Shown piece by piece: positions 1 through 13,639 of a DNA stretch of 64,000 nt. The position numbers and the translations under genes are program-made. The notes below the pieces were generated by a model, which made no database searches, was not told the DNA's origin, and worked only from the letters and a program-made list of their open reading frames with translations. How positions within the stretch are numbered: the first letter of the stretch is position 1; each line of letters opens with the position of its first letter. Source of the DNA: Mobula birostris (lineage: Eukaryota); the NCBI RefSeq assembly GCF_030028105.1, contig NC_092392.1, positions 6,588,613 through 6,652,612 of the forward strand, given 5' to 3'.

Positions 1-1889
1 TAACCTTTCATCTTTCAGACTAAGTGTTGATGCTCTCTACACCACGACTTCTGAATGCAGAAGTTCGAACACAAGAAAATCAGCAGATGCTGGAAACTGC
101 CCATCACCTCCCTCTGGCGCTCCTCCCCTTCCGTGCTCTTCTACCCTCTCCTGTCAGACTCCCCGTCCTCCAGCCCTTTATCTCTTTCACCAATCAACTT
201 CCCAGCTTCACCTCTCACCCCGTTTCACCTATCACCCACCACCTTGTACTTCTTCCTCCCCTCCCCCCACCTCCTTACTCTGACTTCTCAGCCTTTTCCT
301 AGTCCTGATGAAGGGTCTTGACCCAAAACCTCGACTGTTTACTCTTTTCCACAGATGCCGCCTGACTTGCTGAGTTCCTCCAGCTTTTTGAATGCTGAAG
401 TTGCTTTCCCATTGTACTGCTGTCTCTAATATCACACATGTAACAATGTACATCCTCGATATCCACTGCACCCTGTGTAGACAACATCACTCACCTCAGC
501 TCTAATCCAATTCCACAACCTGCACACTTTCAAGGACTCTACAACTCAAATTCGCAGTATTACCTTTATTTGAACAATTTGTTTTCTTTTACACATTTGA
601 GGTTTGTCAGTCTTTATGTACAGTTTTTCATAAATTCTACTGTATATTTTGCTGTAAACATCTGCAGGAAAATGAATCTCAAGGTGGTTGTGGTGATCTC
701 ATCACAATGTGATGCTGACGCTTTCTAAGGCATTGGTCAAACCACCCTTGAAGTATTGTGAACAGATATCGAAGAATGCCACCTTATCTAAGGAAGGATG
801 TGCAGGCATTGGAGATGGTCCGGAGGAGGTTCATGAGAAATGAAAGGGTTAACATACGAGAAGCGCTTGATGGCCCTGGGTCTGTACTCACTGGAGTTTA
901 GAAGAATTAGGGTGGATGCCATGAAACCTATTAAATATTGAAAGCCCAAGATAGAGTGGACATAGAGTGGTCCTATAGCGGGGAGTCTAGGACCAGACAG
1001 CCAGACTCAGAATGGAATGACATCTTTTACACAGAGATGAGGAGGAATTTCTTTCGCCACAGGGCGGCGAAGACCCTGACCTGCAGTTACACACTGACTA
1101 CAGTTCTTTGCGGGAATGGGACCCACTCTCAGGGTTTCACGACTGGCCGTTATTCGGCAAGGGCTCAGCCTAAGAGCTCAGCTTGCCTTTGGAGGGCCGA
1201 GGTTTCGTGGCTCTGGAGATGGGGTGGAGAGATCGGAGGTCGGTGTCTGGGCAGGAGATCGGTGTATCGTGGGAGTCAGAAGATCTAAGGCTGTGTGCCC
1301 AGAGACCCGAGATCTTTGGGCACAGAGCTTGGAAAAAGCCACACAACAGACTTTTAACATCGTAAACCAGCGAGTTGTTTGTTATGCCTCCCCACTCGCT
1401 GGGGAAATGGAGACACCCCTTCCTCCCTTATTAATGAGAGAGAGAGCCTGTGGAATGTTGAATACTGGGTGAACGAGTAGTCTTTGGGGTAACTGCAAGT
1501 CTGTGTCTTTGCTGTTGCTTTGCTCACACTTGAGTGCTCAGTGGCGAGTGCCAATGTTTTTTTTTGCTGGTGAGGGGAGGGGGGATTGTTGCTTGCTGCC
1601 GCTCATACATGGGACGGAGGGGAGCTGGGGGGGGGACTTTGGGGGTTCTAACATTTAACTGTCATTCATTCTTTGGGACACTCCTCTGGACAGTTGCAAA
1701 GAAAAAGCATTTCAGGATGTATATTATGTACATTTCTCTGACATTAAATGTACCGTTGAAACTGTGGAATTCATTGGCACAGGCAGCTGTGAAGGCCGTC
1801 ATTGAGTATATTTAAAGTGGAGGTTGATAGATTCTTGATTAGGAAGGGCATCAAAGATTATAGGGAGAAGGCAGAAGAATGGGGTTGAG

Positions 1890-2290
1890 AGGGATAGAGA
1901 GGGAGCTAGGGCTTTACTCTTTGGAGAGAAGGAGGATGAGAGGAGACATGATAGAGGTGTACAAGATATTAAGAGGAATAGATAGAGTGGATAGCCAGCG
2001 CCTCTTCCCCAGGGCGCCACTGCTCAATACAAGAGGACATGGCTTTAAGATAAGGGGTGGGAAGTTCAAGGGGGATATTAGAGGAAGGTTTTTTACTCAG
2101 AGAGTGGTTGGTGCGTGGAATGCACTGCCTGAGTCAGTGGTGGAGGCAGATACACTAGTGAAGTTTAAGAGACTACTAGACAGGTATATGGAGGAATCTA
2201 AGGTGGGGGCTTATATGGGAGGCAGGGTTTGAGGGTCAGCACAACACTGTGGGCCGAAGGGCCTGTACTGTGCTGTACTATTCTATGTTC
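1890..2290 (+). mobile_element. Young CR1 3' end
   Basis: 'LGLYSLERRRMRGDMIEVYKI'; nearly identical to 23487-23880. Confidence 0.9.
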
Positions 2291-2591
2291 TAAATCAGCC
2301 ACGATGGAATGGCGGAGCAGACTGAATGGGCCAAGTGGCCTAATTCTGTTCCCATGTCTATTGGTCTTATGGTCTTAAGAAAGTGAATCTCAAGATAGTA
2401 AATGGTGAATTATACATACTTAAATATTACATTTACTTTGAATTCTGTTCACTCCTGGACACCTCTGCCACTCTCCCCACCAATTCTATGACCCAACCTC
2501 TGACCTGCTGCTCTGGGCCCTGCATTGATGGTTACAGCCCGACAGGCCCTGGGATCTTTCCCTGCTCTGTACAAGTATACTGATGACAAAC

Positions 2592-2762
2592 CTCTGGCTT
2601 GTGCCAGTCGAAGCAGTGCGTTTGGAAATACTCCACCGCAGCGCGGTAGTTCTCCCGCTCCGTCAGGTGTAACTTGGCGGTGAGCACACGGTCAGCCTGT
2701 TCGGAGGAGTCGGTGGCCAGAATCACAATCTGCCGCACAGCCTGTACGATCTGCTCTCTCAC
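2592..2762 (-). CDS. lgmn: Legumain (asparaginyl endopeptidase) prodomain/LSAM exon
   Basis: Acceptor gtggtgttgcag|GTG and donor GAG|gtttgt; 171 nt, phase 0-0. VREQIVQAVRQIVILATDSSEQADRVLTAKLHLTERENYRAAVEYFQTHCFDWHKPE is colinear with mammalian legumain ...IEKSVRKIVSLL...HFRTHCFNWHSP (from recall). Confidence 0.85.
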
Positions 2763-3411
2763 CTGCAACACCACACATCTGTTAGTCACTCCCCGAACGC
2801 CTGGGAAGGAATGATTATTCTCCCACTCAGAACCAGGTTCAGTATCACTGACGTATGCCATACAATATTGTTTTGTGGCAGCAGTATATTGCAGGGCAAA
2901 AAACTATTATAAAGCGCAAAATAGGAACAGTGAGGTAGTTTTCTAAAATCTGTTGGGAGAAGGAAACACACGGTCCCTAAAGCATTGAGTGTGTGTCTTC
3001 AGGTCCCTGTATCTCCTCCCTGATGGTAGCAATGAGAAGAGGGTATGTGATCCACTTGGATGATGAGGATCCTCGCTGCCTTTGAATTTATCCTCAATAG
3101 TGGTAAGGCTTATGCTGGCTGAGACGACAGCATTCTGCATCTTTTGATCTTGTGCACTGGAGCCTCCCGATCAGGCAGGGATGCAAGGAGTACGATTGCT
3201 GTCCATGGTATATTACAGACACTTGCTACAGTCTTTGGCAACAGAGCAAATCTCCTCAAGCACCTCATGAAGTAGAACCACTTTATGATCGCATTAACGT
3301 GCTGAGCTCAGGATCGATCCCAGTGAGATTCCGAAACCCAGCAACTTGAAACTGGTTTTCCCAAAAACCATGAAGTCGTCCTGGGAGCAGGTGCCCCATT
3401 TGACAGCAGAG

Positions 3412-6400
3412 TCACCCTGCACTGCAGTAAACCTGTCTGTACCACACTAACTGTGATCACCTGTATTGTAGTAAACCTGTCTGTACCACACTCACTGTGA
3501 TCACCTGTACTGCAGTAAACCTGTCTGTACCACACTCACTGTGATCATCTATACTGTAGTAAACCTGTCTGTACCACACTCACTGTTTAACACCTGTATT
3601 GCAGTAAACCTGTCTGTACCACACTCACTGTGATCACCTGTACTGTAGTAAACCTGTCTGTACCACACTAACTGTGATCACCTGTATTGTAGTAAACCTG
3701 TCTGTACCACACTCACTGTGATCACCTGTACTGCAGTAAACCTGTCTGTACCACACTAACTGTGATCACCTGTATTGTAGTAAACCTGTCTGTACCACAC
3801 TCACTGTGATCACCTGTACTGTAGTAAACCTGTCTGTACCACACTCACTGTGATCACCTGTACTGTAGTAAACCTGTCTGTACCACACTCACTGTGATCA
3901 CCTGTACTGTAGTAAACCTGTCTGTACCACACTCACTGTGATCACATGTACTGTAGTAAACCTGTCTGTACCACACTCACTGTGATCACCTGTATTGCAG
4001 TAAACCTGTCTGTACCACACTCACTGTTTAACACCTGTACTGCAGTAAACCTGTCTGTACCACACTCACTGTGATCACCTGTATTGCAGTAAACCTGTCT
4101 GTACCACACTCACTGTGATCACCTGTATTGCAGTAAACCTGTCTGTACCACACTCACTGTGATCACCTGTACTGTAGTAAACCTGTCTGTACCACACTCA
4201 CTGTGATCACCTGTATTGCAGTAAACCTGTCTGTACCACACTCACTGTGATCACCTGTACTGTAGTAAACCTGTCTGTACCACACTCACTGTGATCACCT
4301 GTACTGCAGTAAACCTGTCTGTACCACCCTCACTGTGATCACCTGTATTGTAGTAAACCTGTCTGTACCACACTCACTGTGATCACCTGTATTGTAGTAA
4401 ACCTGTCTGTACCACACTCACTGTTTAACACCTGTATTGCAGTAAACCTGTCTGTACCACACTAACTGTGATCACCTGTATTGCAGTAAATCTGTCTGTA
4501 CCACACTCACTGTGATCACCTGTATTGCAGTAAATCTGTCTGTACCACACTCACTGTGATCACCTGTATTGCAGTAAACCTATCTGTACCACACTCACTG
4601 TGATCACCTGTACTGCAGTAAACCTGTCTGTACCACACTCAATGTGATCACCTGTATTGCAGTAAACCTGTCTGAACCACACTAACTGTGATCACCTGTA
4701 TTGTAGTAAACCTGTCTGTACCACACTCACTGTGATCACCTGTACTGTAGTAAACCTGTCTGTACCACACTCACTGTGATCACCTGTATTGTAGTAAACC
4801 TGTCTGTACCACACTGTCATCACCTGTATTGCAGTAAACCTGTCTGTACCACACTCACTGTTTAACACCTGTATTGCAATAAACCTGTCTGTATCATACT
4901 CACTGTGATCACCTGTATTGCAGTAAACCTGTCTGTACCACACTCACTGTGATCACCTGTATTGTAGTAAACCTGTCTGTACCACACTCACTGTGATCAC
5001 CTGTACTGTAGTAAACCTGTCTGTACCACACTCACTGTGATCACCTGTATTGTAGTAAACCTGTCTGTACCACACTTACTGTGATCACCTGCACTGCAGT
5101 AAACCTGTCTGTACCACACTCACTGTGATCACCTGTATTGTAGTAAACCTGTCTGTACCACACTCACTGTGATCACCTGTACTGTAGTAAACCTGTCTGT
5201 ACCACACTAACTGTGATCACCTGTATTGTAGTAAACCTGTCTGTACCACACTCACTGTGATCACCTGTATTGTAGTAAACCTGTCTGTACCACACTCACT
5301 GTGATCACCTGTACTGTAGTAAACCTGTCTGTACCACACTCACTGTGATCACCTGTATTGTAGTAAACCTGTCTGTACAACACTTACTGTGATCACCTGC
5401 ACTGCAGTAAACCTGTCTGTACCACACTCACTGTGATCACCTGTATTGTAGTAAACCTGTCTGTACCACACTCACTGTGATCACCTGTACTGTAGTAAAC
5501 CTGTCTGTACCACACTAACTGTGATCACCTGTATTGTAGTAAACCTGTCTGTACCACACTCACTGTGATCACCTGTACTGTAGTAAACCTGTCTGTACCA
5601 CACTAACTGTGATCACCTGTATTGTAGTAAACCTGTCTGTACCACACTCACTGTGATCACCTGTACTGTAGTAAACCTGTCTGTACCACACTCACTGTGA
5701 TCACCTGTACTGTAGTAAACCTGTCTGTACCACACTCACTGTGATCACCTGTATTGCAGTAAACCTGTCTGTACCACACTCACTGTGATCACCTGTATTG
5801 CAGTAAACCTGTCTGTACCACACTCACTGTGATCACCTGTACTGTAGTAAACCTGTCTGTACCACACTCACTGTGATCACCTGTATTGCAGTAAACCTGT
5901 CTGTACCACACTCACTGTGATCACCTGTACTGTAGTAAACCTGTCTGTACCACACTCACTGTGATCACCTGTACTGCAGTAAACCTGTCTGTACCACCCT
6001 CACTGTGATCACCTGTATTGTAGTAAACCTGTCTGTACCACACTCACTGTTTAACACCTGTATTGCAGTAAACCTGTCTGTACCACACTAACTGTGATCA
6101 CCTGTATTGCAGTAAATCTGTCTGTACCACACTCACTGTGATCACCTGTATTGCAGTAAATCTGTCTGTACCACACTCACTGTGATCACCTGTATTGCAG
6201 TAAACCTATCTGTACCACACTCACTGTGATCACCTGTACTGCAGTAAACCTGTCTGTACCACACTCAATGTGATCACCTGTATTGCAGTAAACCTATCTG
6301 TACCACACTCACTGTGATCACCTGTACTGCAGTAAACCTGTCTGTACCACACTCAATGTGATCACCTGTATTGCAGTAAACCTGTCTGAACCACACTAAC

Positions 6401-8905
6401 TGTGATCACCTGTATTGTAGTAAACCTGTCTGTACCACACTCACTGTGATCACCTGTACTGCAGTAAACCTGTCTGTACCACACTAACTGTGATCACCTG
6501 TATTGTAGTAAACCTGTCTGTACCACACTCACTGTGATCACCTGTACTGTAGTAAACCTGTCTGTACCACACTCACTGTGATCACCTGTATTGTAGTAAA
6601 CCTGTCTGTACCACACTGTCATCACCTGTATTGCAGTAAACCTGTCTGTACCACACTCACTGTTTAACACCTGTATTGCAATAAACCTGTCTGTATCATA
6701 CTCACTGTGATCACCTGTATTGCAGTAAACCTGTCTGTACCACACTCACTGTGATCACCTGTATTGTAGTAAACCTGTCTGTACCACACTCACTGTGATC
6801 ACCTGTACTGTAGTAAACCTGTCTGTACCACACTCACTGTGATCACCTGTATTGTAGTAAACCTGTCTGTACCACACTTACTGTGATCACCTGCACTGCA
6901 GTAAACCTGTCTGTACAACACTCACTGTGATCACCTGTATTGTAGTAAACCTGTCTGTACCACACTCACTGTGATCACCTGTATTGTAGTAAACCTGTCT
7001 GTACCACACTCACTGTGATCACCTGTATTGTAGTAAACCTGTCTGTACCACACTTACTGTGATCACCTGCACTGCAGTAAACCTGTCTGTACCACACTCA
7101 CTGTGATCACCTGTATTGCAGTAAACCTGTCTGTACCACACTCACTGTGATCACCTATACTGTAGTAAACCTGTCTGTACCACACTCACTGTTTAACACC
7201 TGTATTGCAATAAACCTGTCTGTATCATACTCACTGTGATCACCTGTATTGCAGTAAACCTGTCTGTACCACACTCACTGTGATCACCTGTATTGTAGTA
7301 AACCTGTCTGTACCACACTCACTGTGATCACCTGTATTGTAGTAAACCTGTCTGTACCACACTTACTGTGATCACCTGTATTGCAGTAAACCTGTCTGTA
7401 CCACACTCACTGTGATCACCTGCACTGCAGTAAACCTGTCTGTACCACACTCACTGTGATCACCTGCACTGCAGTAAACCTGTCTGTACCACACTCACTG
7501 TGATCACCTGTATTGCAGTAAACTTGTCTGTACCACACTAACTGTGATCACCTGTACTGTAGTAAACCTGTCTGTACCACACTCACTGTGATCACCTGTA
7601 CTGCAGTAAACCTGTCTGTACCACACTAACTGTGATCACCTGTACTGTAGTAAACCTGTCTGTACCACACTCACTGTGATCACCTGTATTGCAGTAAACC
7701 TGTCTGTACCACACTCACTGTGATCACCTGTACTGCAGTAAACCTGTCTGTACCACACTCAATGTGATCACCTGTATTGCAGTAAACCTATCTGTACCAC
7801 ACTCACTGTGATCACCTGTACTGCAGTAAACCTGTCTGTACCACACTCAATGTGATCACCTGTATTGCAGTAAACCTGTCTGAACCACACTAACTGTGAT
7901 CACCTGTATTGTAGTAAACCTGTCTGTACCACACTCACTGTGATCACCTGTACTGCAGTAAACCTGTCTGTACCACACTAACTGTGATCACCTGTATTGT
8001 AGTAAACCTGTCTGTACCACACTCACTGTGATCACCTGTACTGTAGTAAACCTGTCTGTACCACACTCACTGTGATCACCTGTATTGTAGTAAACCTGTC
8101 TGTACCACACTGTCATCACCTGTATTGCAGTAAACCTGTCTGTACCACACTCACTGTTTAACACCTGTATTGCAATAAACCTGTCTGTATCATACTCACT
8201 GTGATCACCTGTATTGCAGTAAACCTGTCTGTACCACACTCACTGTGATCACCTGTATTGTAGTAAACCTGTCTGTACCACACTCACTGTGATCACCTGT
8301 ACTGTAGTAAACCTGTCTGTACCACAATCACTGTGATCACCTGTATTGTAGTAAACCTGTCTGTACCACACTTACTGTGATCACCTGCACTGCAGTAAAC
8401 CTGTCTGTACCACACTCACTGTGATCACCTGTATTGTAGTAAACCTGTCTGTACCACACTCACTGTGATCACCTGTACTGTAGTAAACCTGTCTGTACCA
8501 CACTAACTGTCATCACCTGTATTGCAGTAAACCTGTCTGTACCACACTCACTGTGATCACCTGTATTGCAGTAAACCTGTCTGTACCACACTCACTGTGA
8601 TCACCTATACTGTAGTAAACCTGTCTGTACCACACTCACTGTTTAACACCTGTATTGCAATAAACCTGTCTGTATCATACTCACTGTGATCACCTGTATT
8701 GCAGTAAATCTGTCTGTACCACACTCACTGTGATCACCTGTATTGTAGTAAACCTGTCTGTACCACACTCACTGTGATCACCTGTACTGTAGTAAACCTG
8801 TCTGTACCACACTCACTGTGATCACCTGTATTGCAGTAAACCTGTGTGTACCACACTCACTGTGATCACCTGTATTGTAGTAAACCTGTCTGTACCACAC
8901 TAACT
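3412..8905. repeat. 44-bp minisatellite array (~125 units) in the legumain intron
   Basis: Consensus cacctgtactgtagtaaacctgtctgtaccacactcactgtgat; period 44 (e.g. cacctg at 3811 and 3855); recurrent variant units. Confidence 0.98.
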
Positions 8906-8993
8906 GCGATCATCTGCTGTATCCTTGCCAGTTCCTGATAAGTGAGGACGTTTCTTGTGTGAGCCAGTGGGGGAAACAAGCCCGCCCTGTTAC

Positions 8994-9135
8994 CTTGAGG
9001 AGATGGTCCAGGTCTTTCTGCAGCTTTTCCTTCTGCTCCAGATCTGTCGCAGCTTTGATCCTGTTCTGAAGGATGACAACGGGTACATCGCACTGTGGCA
9101 CAGCTTCCATTCCTGCCATCTGACACTGGTTCTGC
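8994..9135 (-). CDS. lgmn: Legumain activation-peptide exon (5' boundary uncertain)
   Basis: DVPVVILQNRIKAATDLEQKEKLQKDLDHLLK aligns without gaps to legumain [32 protein letters not shown]; donor CTCAAG|gtaaca is phase 0, matching the 2592-2762 exon. Best acceptor is ttttcttgttttggcacctgctgcag at 9136; upstream homology (FVS*FKG) is out of frame. Confidence 0.75.
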
Positions 9136-9236
9136 CTGCAGCAGGTGCCAAAACAAGAAAAGTTTGCCCTTTGAACTATGACACAAAGCTCTCCTACTCC
9201 AAGCGAGCCACACAGAAAGTCAAAGTAAAATTATCA

Positions 9237-9675
9237 GCAAGGCACACTTATGAGAATAGGTTGAGTGAACTCGGCCTTTTCTCCTTGGAGCGACGGAGGA
9301 TGAGAGGTGACCTGATAGAGGTGTATAAGATGATGAGAGGCATTGATCATGTGGATAGTCAGAGGCGTTTCCCCAAGGCTGAAATGGCTAGTACGAAAGG
9401 GCATAGTTTTAAGGTGCTTGGAAGTAGGTACAGAGGAGATGTCAGGGATACGTTTTTTTACGCAGAGAGTGGTCAGTGTGTGGAATGGGCTGCTGGTGGC
9501 AGTGGTGGAGGTGGAAAAGTTAGGGTCTTTTGAGAGACTCCTGGATGGCTACATGAAGCTTAGAAAAATAGAGGGCTATGGGTAAGCCTAGGTAGTTCTC
9601 AGGTAGGGACATGTTCGGCACAGCATTGTGGGCCGAAGGGCCTGTATTGTGCTGTAGGCTTTCTATGTTTCTATT
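9237..9675 (+). mobile_element. CR1 3' end next to the legumain exon
   Basis: 'LGLFSLERRRMRGDLIEVYK'. Confidence 0.88.
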
Positions 9676-12600
9676 TCAACTTCAGATTCATTTTCTTGCA
9701 GGCATTCATAGTAGAACAGAGAAGTACAATAGAAACGATGAAAAACTACCCTCAAAGACTGGCAAATAACCAATGCACAAAAGGAGATAAATTGTGTAAA
9801 TTAAGAGTAAGTGAATAAATATTACTGAGAACATGAGTTGTAGAGCCCCTGAAAGTGAGTCCGTAGGTTGTGGAGTCAGTTCAGAGCTGAGCTGGGTGAG
9901 GTTATCCACGCTGGTTCAGGTGCCTGACGCTTGAAGGGTAATAACCGTTCCTGAACCTGGTGCTGTGGGACGTTCGGCTCCTGTACCTCCTGCCTGATGC
10001 TGGTAGCAAGCCGGAACTGGGCCTGGGTCATGGGGGCTCTGGGTGACGTTTGCTGCTCTCTTCTGCAGTGCCGTCTGGGCAGCAGTGGGCCACAGTTGGG
10101 GGGAGGGAGTTGTTGGAGGCCTCACTATCAGGAGACAACACAACACAACACACGATCGGATAAGGAATATAACTAATAGCCGAGGGGCCATTGTGGTTCG
10201 TTTTGCTGCTTAGGCTTTCTTGAGCTCAGGACCAGCCCAAGTACTTTACAGTTACTGTAGCACCTTGTGAAGCAAAGCGATGTTTTAACGTGGGGACCAA
10301 GGCACTGTTCAGATTTGGATTATTTATTATCACGTGTACATCAAAATACACAGTGAAATGCAGCTTTTATTTTCTTGCTCTTCAGCACCAGATGCCATAA
10401 GCAGCAAGGAAGGAGGTAGCTGGGATTCTGATTGAGATCTCTGAATCTTTGTTAACCACAGTTGAGATGCCACACACTGGGGGATTAGGAGAGCAGCAGG
10501 GATAGGCAAGGTCAGTGAGCGGTGAGGAACTTGTAGCAGAAAGTTATGAGGAGCAGGATTTATGTACATTTGTATGAGCAAGGGTAGATCAGCGACAGTC
10601 AGAATGGAAAATCCTGTCACCTTGAGCTGATTGAGTGTTTTGAGGAGACAGCTAAGCAGATTGATAGACATTGTCAACTGCCTTTTTAAAATCCGTATAG
10701 ACATGGTCTGGGGTGGTAAGCTGGACCAGAAGGTTAAGTACATTGGATCCAAAGTGAGTTAATGAATTCCATTCAAAATTAGAAAGCAGGTGGTGGCGGG
10801 AAGATGCCTTGCTGATGGGAAATGTGATCAGTGGTGTACAACAGGGAGCCTTGCTGTCTATGATATATATTGACAACCTAGATGTTGTAGGAAAAGGAAA
10901 ACTCTGGTTTTAAACCTCCGCTGCCTTGCGACCATAAACATGGGAAAGGCTTCGGGAGTAAACCCTGAGGAAGAAATCCGGAGCTGGAGTTCCTAACGCA
11001 GTTTGATGTTGTTTACAACTTCAGTCTGGTGACCTCTGCGACGACACAGTCCACCAGAGGCACAAACCCATGACCTCCTGGGATCCACGGCTGTTGTTGT
11101 GGCAAGATTGATCTAAAATCAAAACAATTGCCACCAGCCTGCGATCTCAGATGCAGCTGTTACCTTTGTGTGACTCACCCTCAGATTCAATGAATGATAC
11201 TGCAGAGTCCAATTCCTTACTTTGATTCCTTTATGAGCAATTAGCAAACATATAATCTTGAAGCGATATGAAATGGCATTAAGTGGTCAGCAAAGATGAC
11301 CTCCGCAGTGCCAAACTACAAACTGCCAAGAAACAAGCATGAATACGTAACTTATTCCCTTCGCTTTTAGCATGCCCCCAGTCACGTGACTAGTTACCAA
11401 AATAAAGGCACAGCGCAGGATAATGTGGGCGGCTCCTACAGACGTGAACGTAGGAAATGTGAATAGGAGGTCTGCAGATGAAATGAAAATTGACGGTGTT
11501 AGAAACAGCAAGAAAGGCTGCCCAAAGCTACAGAGATATATTGTTCAGTGCAAAGTCAAGTAGAGCATTGCTCGATGAAATTTAATCTTGCAAAGTGCAA
11601 GGTTGGGCAATCAAGCAGGGCCAGTACATGTACGGTGAATGGAAGGTCACACAGTAATGTGGATGAACAGAGAGGCCTTGAGGTTCACGTCCATGGTTCC
11701 CAGAAAGTGGCAACACTGGTGGATAGGGTGATGAAAGAGGCATATGACATTTGTTTTCATAGGCTGGGTGACAGAACATAAAAATCAGGATCTCCCCCAA
11801 CAGCTGCTGCTTGGTTAGAAGATGTAATGTTTTTCCTGAAATTAGAAAAGATTAAGTTCACTTTGAGGGGGTCTGTGAAAAAGTTCTATTCGAAATGGGG
11901 ACCTTTCTTATCATATTTTGGGAGTTTTAAGGAATCACCTACTAGTTGAGGGCATTTGATTGTACTTGGGAAGTTGCCTCCCATTTAACACGCTTATAAT
12001 TTACCTCACAGGGTGGTTGATGAATTGTAAATATGAGTGTATTTTGGATCATCTGACATGTTGCAGATGTGTGTGAGCCATTGTCTTGAAGTAGTGTGGG
12101 GGTATGGTTGTGAAATGTCTGTACTTGTATTTGTGAATTGTTATGTTGTAAATATATTAGCTGCCATGATATGTTCGGGGAGGGTGGGTGGGGGCAGTTT
12201 TGTTTGGGGGTACGATATGAAAGCAAAATGGAGGAAAATGTAATTCATTATATATTCTGTATTGTGTCATTCCTTCAATAAAAAAGTCAGGATGTTACAG
12301 TATATGGCAACAATAGATCGATAGATAGACATACTTTATTGATCCCGAGGGAAATTGGGTATAGACACGGATATAGACACAATAAGACACGGATTAGACT
12401 TCACATGAAGTATTCTGTCCATTAAATGATGGAGTGGGGTTAAGGAGAATACAGAGGAGATTCACTGGAAGTCTTTGGATACAGGGACAAGGTGGATGGG
12501 CTGGGCTGGGTTTCCCTGGAGCAAAGGACACAGAGGGCTGATTTGTGAGAGGTATGTACATTTTTTTTAAAAAGGCACAGATAGAGTGGATATTCAGAAT

Positions 12601-13639
12601 CTTTTTCCCATGATATGGGTATCAAAATTAAGATAGCATAGGTGTAGTTGAGAGGAAAGAGTTTTACAGGGGATCTGAGGGAAACTTGTTTTGCACAGAG
12701 TGGTTAATATCTGTATCTCAGGTATAATCACTATGTTTCAGAAACATTTAGACAAATGTTTGAATTTGCAAGGCAGAACAGGAAACGGACCTAATTAGAG
12801 CAAATAGGATGAATGGAATGGTCGACATTTATGTGGTAGATCAAAGGGTCTTTCTCTGCACCATACAGTACATGCCGTATTGGTTTTTCAAGAATCGAGA
12901 AGAGATATGGGGAAAAGTATTGTCAAAGGTAAGCCAAAAGCTATTGCCTGTGGTGCCGGGAAGCAAGCAATGAGCCTGCTCAGCCGACCGACCTCTCGGT
13001 GGGTGAGCCTTCTGGACAGAGTGACCACAGCTCTCGGACCATTAGCATAGCCTTGGACAGGGTTAGCAGCAGACAGAATAGCAGAGTATTTAATTGGGGG
13101 AGGGTGAATTAGGCAGGAACTTGGGACCATAAATTGGGAACAAATGTTCTCACTGGAAATGTGGAAGCTGTTTTGGGAATTCTTGCATCAGGTTCTGGAT
13201 ATGTTTGTCCCAGTCGGCAGGGAAAGGATGGTCCAGTGAAATGTTGGAAACTATTGTTTATTTATTCATACTTTTTATAAGATTTGTATTTTTTAAACCA
13301 ACTCGTATTTTTCACATTCATTGGCAGAAAGCAGTATAGCAGCTAAACTAATGGTTTATCATCTTTCTCATTTTTTCATTGGCCAATTATTAGCACATTA
13401 CACACATGATGTAATTGTTTAAATTATCTAGCCTATTAACTAATTTATCACTAACTAAGGAATTTTCTTTATCTTACCTATAAAAGTGATAAATTTTTCA
13501 GAAGCACTCTCTTTTCTTGCTTTTATTCCTTTGTCTTAAATGCCTCAGCATTAATTCCCTCCTCAGCATCATTTCTCAGCTCTTTATTTAGAAGAACTCT
13601 AATGCAAGGTCATACACTCTGGTAGTAGAAATAAATGTG

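Noticed and set aside
1-2590. Final legumain exons (YEYALRHL..., IKLSMDHVC)
   Set aside because: No convincing match; candidate splice sites near 430-530 do not translate to legumain. They may lie outside the window.
4692-8239. Three identical 83-aa ORFs (also 3308-3535)
   Set aside because: Translations of the minisatellite.
3412-8905. CRISPR-like array
   Set aside because: Head-to-tail 44-bp units with no unique spacers, no cas genes and a vertebrate context; it is a minisatellite.
8955-9533. 192-aa plus-strand ORF
   Set aside because: Chance fusion of antisense legumain exon sequence with a CR1 fragment.
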